Source of the DNA: Candidatus Poribacteria bacterium
GTDB taxonomy: Bacteria; Poribacteria; WGA-4E; WGA-3G
DNA: 64,000 bases
Reading direction: 5' to 3'
Assembly: GCA_964291315.2 (NCBI GenBank)
Contig: OZ219750.1
Span: 448,001 to 512,000 of the forward strand
The notes below the pieces were generated by a model. That model saw nothing but the letters and a program-made list of their open reading frames with translations, did no database searches and was not told the DNA's origin. Positions 51,587-61,788 of this stretch are shown here, piece by piece. Within the stretch, counting starts at the first letter, position 1, and each line of letters opens with the position of its first letter. A program made the position numbers and the translations under genes.

Positions 51587-52576
51587 CTATCGGGTCGGTG
51601 GGCACGGAACTGTCTGTCCGGTTTGTCTGGAATGATACGCAGCAGCTAAGATTTCGTTGGCTCTTAACCCATCACTACCTGTCGTGAGAGGCGACACTCC
51701 CTGTTGCACACAAGCCGCAAAGTGTTCAAACTGACACTGGTAGAGGTCTTCATATCCGGAGGATATGCGCTGCGGTTCCCCATCAAAATGGGTGCGAATT
51801 TTCCAGCCGTTATCGTTATAAACCCAAACAGTGCCTTCTGTTCCGTAAAGTTCGAGCACAATGTCGCAGTGGGGTACTAAGAAACTGAGGTCTGTGAAAG
51901 CGTGGGCGCCGTTATCAAAGTGCATTACGATACCCCCGGTTTCCTCAACAACGGTGTTTCCGACGGGACTGTTGTGGAAGGCACTGACGGCATTCACTTC
52001 ACCGATGAGATAACGAAACAGATCAACACTGTGGGGTCCGAGGTCCATGAAGCATCCTCCGCCCCCTTCTTTGGGGTTTGCACGCCATTCGTGTGTGGTC
52101 AGCTGGTACTGTTTCAAAAAAGGCATGCGTCCGTGGACGATCTGTCCGAACCGTCCGGCATCCACCCATGCTCTAATTTGTTGGAAGCAGGAGTGGAACC
52201 GAAACAGGAAGCAGACCTGTAGGTGGACACCGTTGGTATCGCAGACAGCAATCATTTCCTGGCACTCTTGTGGCGTGAGTGCCATCGGTTTATCACAGAG
52301 GATGTGTAAGCCGCGTTCGGCAGCTGCGATTACTTGTTCACAGTGCAGATGGACAGGCGTTGATACATAAATTGCGTCGAGTGCGTCATCTATCAAGAGG
52401 GTATCGAGGGTAGTATAAGCGTTTGTCGCACCGTATTCGCGCGCTAATTGCTTTGCACGAGCGGCATCGCGAGAGAGTAAAGCATGGAGCTCGGCAGTTT
52501 TCGCTTTGTTAATAGCTGGCATTGCTCTCCGTTGTGCGACGCTCCCAGCTCCCAACACACCCCATTTTAGTGTCAT
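51587..52576 (-). CDS. Gfo/Idh/MocA family oxidoreductase
   Basis: MTLKWGVLGAG, DAIYVSTP..LH, LCDKPMA, GGG..MDLGPH; start placed at 52576. Confidence 0.9.
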   Translation of the reverse strand: MTLKWGVLGAGSVAQRRAMPAINKAKTAELHALLSRDAARAKQLAREYGATNAYTTLDTLLIDDALDAIYVSTPVHLHCEQVIAAAERGLHILCDKPMALTPQECQEMIAVCDTNGVHLQVCFLFRFHSCFQQIRAWVDAGRFGQIVHGRMPFLKQYQLTTHEWRANPKEGGGGCFMDLGPHSVDLFRYLIGEVNAVSAFHNSPVGNTVVEETGGIVMHFDNGAHAFTDLSFLVPHCDIVLELYGTEGTVWVYNDNGWKIRTHFDGEPQRISSGYEDLYQCQFEHFAACVQQGVSPLTTGSDGLRANEILAAAYHSRQTGQTVPCPPTR

Positions 52577-52665
52577 TATCTTAACCTCATTCTTTTTGTT
52601 GTCAGCATATTTATAGTATATCACACGGTTTCGGACGGTGGCAAAGTTTTTTCGGGTGGCTGCCA

Positions 52666-53421
52666 TTAACTCAAAAGAAGGTGCACGCCGGTTAGGAATA
52701 GAAAGAAAATAACGATTTTTGAGAACGTACGCTCTGGAACACGGTTGTTCAGTGTGATTCCCGTCAAAACCCCTAACACAATAAACGGTAAAAGCGCCAT
52801 AGCTTCGATGAGGATCTCGAAAGAGAAAATCTTGAGTTGATAATAAAACGGAATTTTGATGAAATTCAGTAGAAAGTAAGTCGCTGTTGTAGTCGCCACA
52901 AATGCAGTGTTCCCTAAACGTTGCGGAAGGAGATACATAATGACAACAAGTCCGCCCATGTGTGCAAGCGTTGAAAAAGCTCCAGCGAACATTCCAGCGA
53001 TCAACCCGTGCCACATTCTGAAATTCCACGATGCTTTGCCTTGTTGTTTAGGGTTTCCAAGCCATCCTTGCAAATAGGGTCGCAGGAGTTCGAGGAGGGC
53101 AAAGAGACACGTAACTCCGCCGATGACTTTCTTAAGGTGAAACTCGGAGATTTCCTTTAACATTAAGCTCGCTCCAGTGATACCGAGGAGCGAACCGAGA
53201 ATCAAGCGCGTGACGCTTTGCCGATGCCAGCGTTTCCAATAGTGTCGGAGTGAGAAGACATCTGTGGAGAAAAGCAGCAGGAGCATGAGTCCGATGACGT
53301 GTCGTGCGCTGCGGAAATGTGCGAACATTGGCACAACAATCATACCGATGCCGCCTCCGAAACCGGCTTTACTGACACCGGTAAGCCATGCTCCGAAGCA
53401 GAGAATAATGGTTTCGTAGAT
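52666..53421 (-). CDS. TauE/SafE (TSUP) sulfite exporter family membrane protein, apparent ATC start
   Basis: In-frame upstream extension IYETIILCFGAWLTGVSKAGFGGGIG; AAGGAGG 8 nt before the ATC at 53421. Confidence 0.8.
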   Translation of the reverse strand: MYETIILCFGAWLTGVSKAGFGGGIGMIVVPMFAHFRSARHVIGLMLLLLFSTDVFSLRHYWKRWHRQSVTRLILGSLLGITGASLMLKEISEFHLKKVIGGVTCLFALLELLRPYLQGWLGNPKQQGKASWNFRMWHGLIAGMFAGAFSTLAHMGGLVVIMYLLPQRLGNTAFVATTTATYFLLNFIKIPFYYQLKIFSFEILIEAMALLPFIVLGVLTGITLNNRVPERTFSKIVIFFLFLTGVHLLLS

Positions 53422-53453
53422 GGGTGCTGCCTCCTTTTTTCGTGAGGAAGGTG

Positions 53454-53482
53454 AGTATACCGAAATCTGGGTAAATTGTCAA
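53454..53482 (-). promoter_or_regulatory. Sigma70 promoter of the TSUP gene
   Basis: TTGACA-17bp-TATACT on the minus strand. Confidence 0.75.
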
Positions 53483-53611
53483 GTTATCAATTTTCTGTAG
53501 GCAGTGATATCTTTATTTATTTCGCAGGAGAGAACTCGGATGCCCGAGTATATTAACCAGCATTCGGAGAGGTCTGCTGCAGAAGACAGATAGTATCCAT
53601 AGGAGAAATAT

Positions 53612-53640
53612 TTGACATTTGGCATGAGATGTGATACAAT
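53612..53640 (+). promoter_or_regulatory. Sigma70 promoter of rpsU
   Basis: TTGACA-17bp-TACAAT. Confidence 0.75.
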
Positions 53641-53695
53641 TCGTAACTAACATTTTATAATTTTGGAATTTAAATCCCAATGGAGGGTAAAAAAA

Positions 53696-53923
53696 ATGGT
53701 TCAAGTTGAAGTAAATGTCAACCCGAGCGAAACATTTGATCGCGCACTTGCACGGTTCAAGAAGATGTGCGGGAAAGCTGGTATCGTTACGGAAATCAAA
53801 AAGCGGAGTTTCTACGAAAAACCGAGTGAGAAACGTCGCAGGATCGAGATGAAACGTCAGCGGAAAGTTAGACCTCGGAAAACGATGGGCGGCGGTTCAC
53901 GTCCAAGTTATGTGAGATCTTAG
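53696..53923 (+). CDS. rpsU: 30S ribosomal protein S21
   Basis: E.FDRAL.RFKK...KAGI..E.KKR.FYEKPSEKRR. Confidence 0.95.
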   Translation: MVQVEVNVNPSETFDRALARFKKMCGKAGIVTEIKKRSFYEKPSEKRRRIEMKRQRKVRPRKTMGGGSRPSYVRS

Positions 53924-53941
53924 AACATAGAGGGGAGATGA

Positions 53942-54454
53942 ATGGCAGATCTTGTTACTGGTGAGATTTTAGAAAATTACAAAGGACTTTTGATTCAATA
54001 CTGTCAAGAACGTGGGTTAAGTCAGCCGACTTACACGGAAACACGGCACGGCCCAGCGGATGCCCCCCGCTGGCAGGTCAAGGTCGTTTATGGTGATCGG
54101 GTCCACGAGACTCCAGAGCCGATCCCTGGTTCAAAAAAGCTTGCACACCAAATAGCCGCACAACAGGTGTTGGCAGACATCGATTCAAGACGGGACAATT
54201 TTTTGGCGGGCGACCAAGCAACCGCGGTGGTGTCCAACGCTCCTCCTATCGCTACGCCTACTCCACTTGAAGTTCCAATATCTCTTATCTCCAATGCGTT
54301 GACGATTGCAAGCGAGCGGCTGACGGCGTCGCAACCCACGCGGTACCGGACCCTCACAGATCGCGAATTTTCGCAGAAGCTTTCTAAGTTGACAGTGGAG
54401 ATTGTCCGGAACCTATTGGAAACAGCACAAAAGCAGAAAATTACATTTCAATAG
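53942..54454 (+). CDS. Stand-alone double-stranded RNA-binding domain protein
   Basis: NYKGLL.QYCQ......P.Y.....GP.....W.V.V...SKK.A.Q.AA..VL. Confidence 0.7.
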   Translation: MADLVTGEILENYKGLLIQYCQERGLSQPTYTETRHGPADAPRWQVKVVYGDRVHETPEPIPGSKKLAHQIAAQQVLADIDSRRDNFLAGDQATAVVSNAPPIATPTPLEVPISLISNALTIASERLTASQPTRYRTLTDREFSQKLSKLTVEIVRNLLETAQKQKITFQ

Positions 54455-54693
54455 ACTTTTTGCTATACCATCTTTTTCGTTTGATTCACTCCTGGTGAGG
54501 CTTTCCGGCCTCGCCTATTTTATTGTCAGCATTTTTTCGGTTGAGTTGGATGTCGGGATTCGGGGCTATGAGAGAACGGTTCTCGCGCTTTTTCTTTGAC
54601 AGCACAGAAACACTAATATATAATATGGAGAGGGTCGAAAAGCCGTGGCTCTCCTACAGTTATCTGTGTGGCACGGAGCCAAGTGGGAGTTGT

Positions 54694-55395
54694 TCACGGC
54701 TTTTTGCCAAAAAAGTAGACCGCAGACGCTAAAATATCAGCATCTTTGTGTAAGAATAACAAAGCATCTAAAATCAAGAAAGGGAACGTTAGCCACCCTA
54801 CAATAAGTGAGATGATTTTCGCAAGGATCAGACTTCCAAAAGAGAAGAGAAGTCCGAGGTACTCCCTGAAAATCCAGTGTAAAGACGCGGTGGGACCCGC
54901 GCACGCCCCACTCTCAATCTCTGAGAAAGCGGCACAAAGTTGGTGGATACCGGAAACAGTCCACCGTTGGTAATCGTGGGGTGAGGCGTGATAGCCTTGT
55001 AAAAACGGTACTGCGACACAGATGTAACCGCCCGGCTTGAGCACCCGGTATATCTCTTGGACAACGCGGTTCGGGGAATGGACGTGCTCGAGGACGGCTT
55101 CGGAAATAACCGCATCAAAGGTGTTGTCCTTGAACGGTAGAAAATGCCCGTCTCCGATGATATCTATTTCTGGTGTCGGTTCAATTTCGAGGTTAATGAC
55201 ATTTGGGGCACGGCGTCGGCTGCCTGCGCCGAGGTCCAAGATTTTTGTGCTATAACTGAGCTGCTGTAACAAACGTTTCACACACCGGTTCCAGCGTGCT
55301 GCAGGATAGGGACACCCGACAAGGTGGGACAGCAGTCGGTTCTGCCTGAGTGCGCGCTTCAAGCGTGAAATCAGGTCTGTTTTCGGATCTGTCAT
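54694..55395 (-). CDS. Class I SAM-dependent methyltransferase (type 11)
   Basis: ILDLGAG, LPF.DNTFD...AVLEHV..P...EIYRVLKPGG; start uncertain. Confidence 0.85.
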   Translation of the reverse strand: MTDPKTDLISRLKRALRQNRLLSHLVGCPYPAARWNRCVKRLLQQLSYSTKILDLGAGSRRRAPNVINLEIEPTPEIDIIGDGHFLPFKDNTFDAVISEAVLEHVHSPNRVVQEIYRVLKPGGYICVAVPFLQGYHASPHDYQRWTVSGIHQLCAAFSEIESGACAGPTASLHWIFREYLGLLFSFGSLILAKIISLIVGWLTFPFLILDALLFLHKDADILASAVYFFGKKP

Positions 55396-55399
55396 AGAT

Positions 55400-56635
55400 A
55401 TGGCCATACACAACCTTTCGAGAAAATACGCAGGATATGCCACACATTTCTGCAAGTCAACTTGGCAACTCGCTACGATAGTGTGGCTTCAGTTCATCAG
55501 GCATAAATGTTTGCAGCAAGCCTCTTCGCTGGCGTTTAACACCTTGTTGTGTCTTGTGCCGTTATCGGCGGTCGCGCTGTTCCTGCTAAAAACGTTTGGG
55601 ATTGTAGAGGATGACAATTCGCCTTTGATTGTTGCTCTCCGTGATAACTTTTTGCCTCGCTATGCTGCAGAGGAAATTGTATCAGAACTTTCGGGATTTG
55701 CCAACAGAAATTTGGGTGGGCTCGGTGTCGGCGGTTTTCTGTTGTTCCTTGTGGTATCAACGATGCTCTTTATGTCAGTAGAGCAGCACTTCAACGACAT
55801 TTGGGGGGCGCGTCGGCGATTGCCGATCGTGCAAGCCTTCCAGAAATACGCGGTCTTCTATACACTGCTATCGGTGGGGCCCCTGCTCATCTGGCTGTTT
55901 TTCTCAACTGCGACAAATTGGGTCTTTGGACATGTGTTTCCATGGGTGCTGGTCTATTGCCTCTTTTTTCTGATGTACATGGCGATGCCCAACACATACG
56001 TGCAATGGGGTGCGGCATCACTGGGGACGCTCGTTGCTGGAACGTTGTTCCAAATTGTGAAACTTGCCTTTGGACGTTATCTTGAGCTGGTCTGGCAAAA
56101 TTATAATGACATCTACGGTGCGCTGGCAATGCTTGTGGTTTTTGCAATTTGGACATATATGACGTGGGTGGTGATCCTCCTCGGTGCGGAGGTTTCACGT
56201 TCAGTACAACATTTTCATTCTGCTTCCCTGACGAGCGAACGGAGTGGCGATACCCGTATCAATTATGTTGATGCTTCAGATGTAATTTTAGTGTATCTGA
56301 TTATTGCGGAGCATTTCTGTAAAGGACAAGGTACTTGTCCAAAGGATCAAATTGTCTCTATTTCGATGTTCCCTGAAGAGGTTGTGTTGCAGTGCTTGGA
56401 CAGGTTTAAGGTGGCGCGACTTATCTACAAGGTAGAAGGTGAGACGGACGGCTATCTCCCAGCCCGTGAGTTGACCTCTATTACACTCCAACAGGTTGTG
56501 GATGCAGTGGCGGTTAGGACAATGGTGCGGTCTGCAGACGGTATTTTGTCTGCAGATGGGTTGCAGGTATTGGCGAATTTGCGCGACCAGCAGCGCACAC
56601 GTTTGGAGAAGATTACAGTGGCTTCTTTGTTGTGA
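55400..56635 (+). CDS. YihY/virulence factor BrkB family membrane protein with C-terminal Rrf2-like wHTH
   Basis: ASSLAF.TLL.LVP, FNDIW, IYGALA......W.Y..W..IL.GAE, GYLPAR....ITL..VV.AV. Confidence 0.85.
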   Translation: MAIHNLSRKYAGYATHFCKSTWQLATIVWLQFIRHKCLQQASSLAFNTLLCLVPLSAVALFLLKTFGIVEDDNSPLIVALRDNFLPRYAAEEIVSELSGFANRNLGGLGVGGFLLFLVVSTMLFMSVEQHFNDIWGARRRLPIVQAFQKYAVFYTLLSVGPLLIWLFFSTATNWVFGHVFPWVLVYCLFFLMYMAMPNTYVQWGAASLGTLVAGTLFQIVKLAFGRYLELVWQNYNDIYGALAMLVVFAIWTYMTWVVILLGAEVSRSVQHFHSASLTSERSGDTRINYVDASDVILVYLIIAEHFCKGQGTCPKDQIVSISMFPEEVVLQCLDRFKVARLIYKVEGETDGYLPARELTSITLQQVVDAVAVRTMVRSADGILSADGLQVLANLRDQQRTRLEKITVASLL

Positions 56636-56642
56636 AAACCTG

Positions 56643-58466
56643 CTACTCCGGCGAAAACTCATTGGCCTTTACGTAATACAAAAACCCGATACACATCTCA
56701 TCTGTGGTTTTCTCACCCCACCCGACAGGGATAGGTGGATCATGTGGGTTTGCAGGGTTGCCCGCGGAATTATCGAAATGCGCCACTAATTCCACGCGCG
56801 TTCCCTCCGGTAAAAACAACGGTTCCCGGTAGTGATAGATGTCCTGCCAATTGAAATCCCAATCCTGGATCCAGATGAGCTCATGCCGAATACCGTTCGG
56901 GGTCACCGCAGCGAGTCGCATATCGCGCCCAATGAGATGCATGTGGGGCATGGTTGCAAGGAGGTAGACATCTGTCTTGAAATTCTTGTGTGCCGTGACA
57001 GCGTATCGCTCTGCTCCTGCCGGGACCACAAAATCGCTGTTGATTGCCTCCTTGATGTGGAGTTTTGCAGTATTTTCTGTTTGAGAGAAATAGAGTCCTA
57101 GACGGGTTCGGTCATGTTCGAGGTGTCCTGTGCGGTAGTAATGCACTTGCATAACGATGTCAGCACCTTTGGGTAAAAGGTAACCGACTCCTTCGGGTAA
57201 TACAACTGGTGTAACGCCTGGTGCCCAACCGCCTACTGTCCCTGCGGTGTCAAACCCAGGTCCCGTGCCTTCTGTGGCATAACCGGGTTTGGGGTCCTGC
57301 GCGTCGAGTTTGCGCGCCTCCCCGTTCACGTCGAGGTAAGCGATGACGTGGTGTACGGTCTTGCGGTTCCCGGGTTGTACATCCACGGCTTGAACGTACA
57401 CATCTGTGTCAAAGTGAGTGGGGATGATAAACTGGCGATATTCATCTTCGCCTTCAGGTTCTATTTCATATTCAACGGGCATCTCGGCGATCCAGTCAGG
57501 TTCCCCGAGTGCCCAGCCATCGTGGAATTCTGGGGCAGATGGTACAGTCTCGAGATCCCCGGCAGGTGCACCGGATTCCGCCCAATGTGCAATCATCTCA
57601 ATTTCGGTATCGGGGAGGCGGCGTTCGTTTTTGAAGTTCCCGTAGCCAGGCGCGGGTTTCCAAGGGGGCATGAGACGTGCCTGCGTGTATTCAGCAATCT
57701 CGGTTGCCCACGCCTTTGCATCGCTATAGTCAGTGAGCGTAAATGGAGCCACCTCACCTTGGCGGTGGCAGGTTTGGCACTGCTTTTGAAGGATCTGCGC
57801 GATGTGTTCACTATAGGTTATCTTTTCAGGGAGACTTGTTTCGGGAAAGTGGATCGTGCAGCCGAACGCTGAAGTTGTTTGGACAGGAACGGGGCTATTA
57901 TCGCGGGTCGCGATGAGCGCGTCGCGGAGATAGTGACGTTTGACGCGGGTTTCGTAACGGTTATCGTCAATCGCTCCGCGGTATTGCAAGGTGCTTTCTG
58001 TATCGATGAGAAACGCTTGTGGGGTCATCGTGGCATCAAAGAGGTGCGCGAGTCTGCCTGTTTCATCTTTGACGACATGGAATGGATATTCGGCTTTGGC
58101 GACGTACGCTTTTACCTCGTCTACAGCATCATTTTCGTTGGCGTAGACTGCCACGAAGGTGTGTGTCGGGAATTCTGCGCTGAGCCGTTTCAGACGCGTG
58201 GTATAACGTTGTGCAACCGGACACTCTGTGGCAAGAAATGTGAAGACGATGGGACCTTGTTTGGTGAGTATATCTAAATTGTGGGTTTTGCCGTCGAGTG
58301 TTGTGAAGTTAAAACTGGGCAGTTTTGTGCCGACAAGAACGCTACTCTGGTTCAGAGGTGTCTCTTCTATGACGCGGTGTTTATTTGTGATGGTGTACTC
58401 AGAGGCACCGTCCGTTGCAGATGAGATCATGAGTGTCAGTAAAAGTATTAGCAGATAAGGTTTCAT
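56643..58466 (-). CDS. Secreted redoxin + c-type heme (CxxCH) + Cu type II monooxygenase-like protein
   Basis: TECP, YRGAIDD, CQTCH, MPPW, VHHV, PHMHLIG, WDFNWQ..Y, TTDEMC. Confidence 0.82.
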   Translation of the reverse strand: MKPYLLILLLTLMISSATDGASEYTITNKHRVIEETPLNQSSVLVGTKLPSFNFTTLDGKTHNLDILTKQGPIVFTFLATECPVAQRYTTRLKRLSAEFPTHTFVAVYANENDAVDEVKAYVAKAEYPFHVVKDETGRLAHLFDATMTPQAFLIDTESTLQYRGAIDDNRYETRVKRHYLRDALIATRDNSPVPVQTTSAFGCTIHFPETSLPEKITYSEHIAQILQKQCQTCHRQGEVAPFTLTDYSDAKAWATEIAEYTQARLMPPWKPAPGYGNFKNERRLPDTEIEMIAHWAESGAPAGDLETVPSAPEFHDGWALGEPDWIAEMPVEYEIEPEGEDEYRQFIIPTHFDTDVYVQAVDVQPGNRKTVHHVIAYLDVNGEARKLDAQDPKPGYATEGTGPGFDTAGTVGGWAPGVTPVVLPEGVGYLLPKGADIVMQVHYYRTGHLEHDRTRLGLYFSQTENTAKLHIKEAINSDFVVPAGAERYAVTAHKNFKTDVYLLATMPHMHLIGRDMRLAAVTPNGIRHELIWIQDWDFNWQDIYHYREPLFLPEGTRVELVAHFDNSAGNPANPHDPPIPVGWGEKTTDEMCIGFLYYVKANEFSPE

Positions 58467-58547
58467 AGGGTTCTCCTATTGTTGATATTTTTAGGTATAA
58501 GTATAACATGAAAATGAAGTAAGTAAAACTAATTCTATTGAACATAC

Positions 58548-58832
58548 CAGGGCCATTCAATTGTCGCTGATTACATTGATTGGCTAGACCTCACGCAAGT
58601 GTATCAATACCGATGCCACCGCATCCATAAACGCACCGGCAGAGAAGTGACTTCCCTTTCGGAGAGGGTGCCTCTACGTGCGATGTGACAGTAGTCCGCA
58701 AGTGATGGCAGCCTTACGCAATACCACCCTTACGCTGCTACGGGGCTTTCGTTATATGCACATCACAAAAACGCAAATCCATGGAACGCTGCAAAATCAT
58801 GAAAAACTATAACTGAAAGTTGAATGGTTCTG
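58548..58832 (+). mobile_element. ISAs1-family internal-deletion derivative (MITE), 285 bp
   Basis: IRs cagggccattcaattgtcg / tgaaagttgaatggttctg; transposase C-terminal remnants DWLDLTQVYQYR...KRTG and PQVMAALRNTTLTLLR. Confidence 0.75.
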
Positions 58833-59339
58833 TGCAATATAGAATGCTCTGTTGAGATGAGTTTTGTGTGTTGAGGCAGAAAAGCTGCGCGTATGTCTAG
58901 TGACACTGCTCAAAAGTGGGTTAAAACGGATGAAATTTCCTGATCACGACCTGTCTTGATAAAAAAATTGAATGATTTTTGAGAAAATTGGGGGTCACAG
59001 GCAGAATTATGCGCTTTTTTGACAAATTAATTTGACAAGCGCTTTAATTAATAGTACCTTTCACAATAGGGAAGTTAGTTTTGTTATCTGAAAGTTAAAT
59101 AGTGAACGTGACGTGCCTATTAAGCTGCAGTCGAGCATATTTCCCAATGAGGGAAACCCTTCCTCCGGGAGTAATTTCTCTGGAAACGAAAAATATGGCC
59201 CACCGGATCCACCACCGAGAGATACATCTAACCTCGTTTAATGCATAGATCAGACGCAGATTTCCTGCGTCTGATCTCAATCAGAAACATGGTGATCTTT
59301 CAGGCAGCTTTCTAGACGCAGGTAAGCAAAAGGAGAACA

Positions 59340-59852
59340 ATGTCTATCAAGTTCTTTGGAATCATCGGTGCCACGATGTTCTTTCTCGGTTGCCTCGGCA
59401 CAAAAACGATGAATGTATCAGAAAAAAGCAATCCTCAGAAACGCGTATCGACACACACAGACACAACAAACGACCACATGCATGAAGATACAGATGCGGA
59501 AGTGAAACATCTCCTCGAGTTTCAAAGACTGGTGAATACGGACCCCGAAGCTGCTCGAACCGCACTCTCCAAATCCTCCGAAATCAAGTTTGGTAAGCAC
59601 CCGCTTGTCAAAGAATGGGAGCAACTCTTCTTTCGTCTTTTGCGTGACAAAAAAGGCACGATTCTGGATCTAAAACGATTTAATGAACTACACCTTCAAA
59701 TGCTTAAGGACATTGACCCAGAGAAAAATGCTAAAGAAATTGAATACCTTCAAAATGCTCTAAAGAAGCAGGAGTTTCTCATTGAATCGATCAGAAAACA
59801 GGGGGACTCTCCTGAAACGTTTGAATCTGAATTCTCCCTGTCCATTGAGTGA
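59340..59852 (+). CDS. Hypothetical protein (possible lipoprotein)
   Basis: AAGGAG RBS; N-terminal hydrophobic stretch ending FLGC. Confidence 0.7.
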   Translation: MSIKFFGIIGATMFFLGCLGTKTMNVSEKSNPQKRVSTHTDTTNDHMHEDTDAEVKHLLEFQRLVNTDPEAARTALSKSSEIKFGKHPLVKEWEQLFFRLLRDKKGTILDLKRFNELHLQMLKDIDPEKNAKEIEYLQNALKKQEFLIESIRKQGDSPETFESEFSLSIE

Positions 59853-59950
59853 AACACGCCAAGGTCTTTTGCCTGTAAGACGCACATGCCCCTATAGCCT
59901 CCGCTCTACAGACAGTGACGAGAGAAATCTAATGCAAGGAGATAGATAAC

Positions 59951-60688
59951 ATGAAGAGATTTTTGACACTCCGAAACTTATTAGCGGTATGCCTTCTCAC
60001 CGTCCTCGGTAGCGCTGGAATTTATGTCTATCTAGAATCAGAGCTAAGAAAGTTCGAGTCAGAAATCGCCGGCCAGCTACAACTCGACTTTTCCCCAAAC
60101 ACAAGCCCTGAAAGAGGTCTGATCCGGCAAAAAACCGTGTCGGAGAACTTTTTGACAGAAGACCTGCCTCCTGAACATTTAAATGCCCCACCGATAGAAA
60201 CGATTACTCAGGGGTTGGAGACAGAAGAACCAGAATTGGAGATCCTTGATGACCCCTTTGAAGATTTTGACTTGGAAAGGAATTCCCCTGAGTTTTTTCC
60301 CAGGGCAACTGATGAGCTATCTGCCGCGCCTGTTGAGGTTGAAATACCGGAGTGGATCGTCAATGCTTGGAATTACAGCGAGTATCGCGACACAGATCCG
60401 GAACACGCCTATGAACAACTGCGGGGCTCCTTTAGTGGGCGTTACGGTGATTCTTCCGAAGTCGACACCATCGTAAAAAACGTAGAACGGATTGACACCG
60501 GCACAGCCACAATAGACAACCTGATCGAACTTACGGAGGCGTGGCTAAACATTCTTCCGCCTGAGGCGGCAGAAGATTATGAGGCCCTGGTTGAAGGTCT
60601 TGAAAGCATGCATACTTTTAAGGACTTAAAAGCATTAGGAGAGAACGTAACTTTCTCCGTGACTTTCTCTGTCGAAGAAGAACATTAA
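59951..60688 (+). CDS. Hypothetical acidic single-TM protein
   Basis: AAGGAG RBS; N-terminal TM segment; 245 aa. Confidence 0.7.
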   Translation: MKRFLTLRNLLAVCLLTVLGSAGIYVYLESELRKFESEIAGQLQLDFSPNTSPERGLIRQKTVSENFLTEDLPPEHLNAPPIETITQGLETEEPELEILDDPFEDFDLERNSPEFFPRATDELSAAPVEVEIPEWIVNAWNYSEYRDTDPEHAYEQLRGSFSGRYGDSSEVDTIVKNVERIDTGTATIDNLIELTEAWLNILPPEAAEDYEALVEGLESMHTFKDLKALGENVTFSVTFSVEEEH

Positions 60689-60912
60689 TGCGTCTGCCTG
60701 CATTCTTAAAGCGTCCTCACGTCGGAACAATTTTTCTTGGGGTGCTCGTTCTATTTTTTTCAACTTTCATCCGTATACAGGGTGTTGAGTCCTTTCCATC
60801 CGGCCAGTTTACTGAGCACGGTGCCTATCTTTATTTTTGGCAGGCAAGCATTATCTCCGAACACGGGCACCTGCTCGAACGCGATATGTCTCGATGGTTA
60901 CCAACCCGTTGA
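60688..60912 (+). pseudogene. Truncated N-terminus of an STT3/AglB-like oligosaccharyltransferase (inferred)
   Basis: TM helix then R..G...F.E..AYLY..QA..I...G....RD...WLP; stops after 74 aa. Confidence 0.45.
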
Positions 60913-61576
60913 AACCTCAAAGCATCCACGTTTCTGTCGTGATGCCCTGCCTCAATGAGCAAGAAACTATCGGTATCTGCATTGAAAAGGTGCAGCGAAC
61001 CCTTATATCACTCGGAATTAAAGGGGAGGTGATCATCGCAGATAACCATTCTACCGACGACTCTGTCGCGATAGCCGAACGGTTCGGTACGCGTGTGGTT
61101 CATCAAAAACGACGAGGGTATGGTGCCGCGTATCTTGCAGGCTTTAGTGCTGCACAAGGAGAATATATCATAATGGGAGACGCTGATGACACTTACGATT
61201 TCACAGACTTAGAACGCTTCACTACGCCTTTACATGACGGATATGACATGGTGATCGACAACCGATTCAAAGAGGGATACGCTCCGAAGCAATGCCGTGG
61301 GCAAATCGCTATATTGGAAACCCTATCCTGTCAGGGCTACTGCAGTTGCTTTTCTGTACTGACATCGTGGATTGTCATTGCGGGATGCGTTCCTTCACTA
61401 AGAAGGCATATACGCGCATGGCGTTACAAACTACCGGTATGGAGTTTGCTTCTGAAATGGTTGTGCGTGCAGTCGAAGAAACCTTGAAAATCCTTGACAT
61501 ACCGATAGACTACGCACCCCGTATCGGTGAATCAAAGCTCAAGCCTGTGCGGGACGCTTGGCGGCATATTTGCTAA
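60909..61576 (+). pseudogene. GT2 (DPM-synthase-like) glycosyltransferase, frameshifted near 61275-61292
   Basis: VSVVMPCLNE, ADNHSTD, GDADDTYD in one frame; MPWANRYIGNP...D.HCGMR...GMEFASEM...RIGESKL...RD.WRH in another. Confidence 0.8.
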
Positions 61577-61788
61577 CTGCTCAAACATCGACTCAAACAC
61601 AAATAATAAAAAACAGAAAGACATCCCAAAAAAATTTGTTTGCTGATGATTCAAAATGCATCTGTTACAGAGAAAAGTGCTGCATCTTGACGATCAGGAA
61701 ATGCACTATTAAAAACTAGGTGCCGAAGATATATTCGGGAGTGACAATTTTATAGCGACCGTTCCGAGGAAAATTCGAACAGAAAGAA

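Noticed and set aside
52577-53029. 150-aa N-terminal extension of the Gfo/Idh/MocA ORF
   Set aside because: Overlaps the TSUP gene in another frame; the family N-terminus begins at MTLKWG
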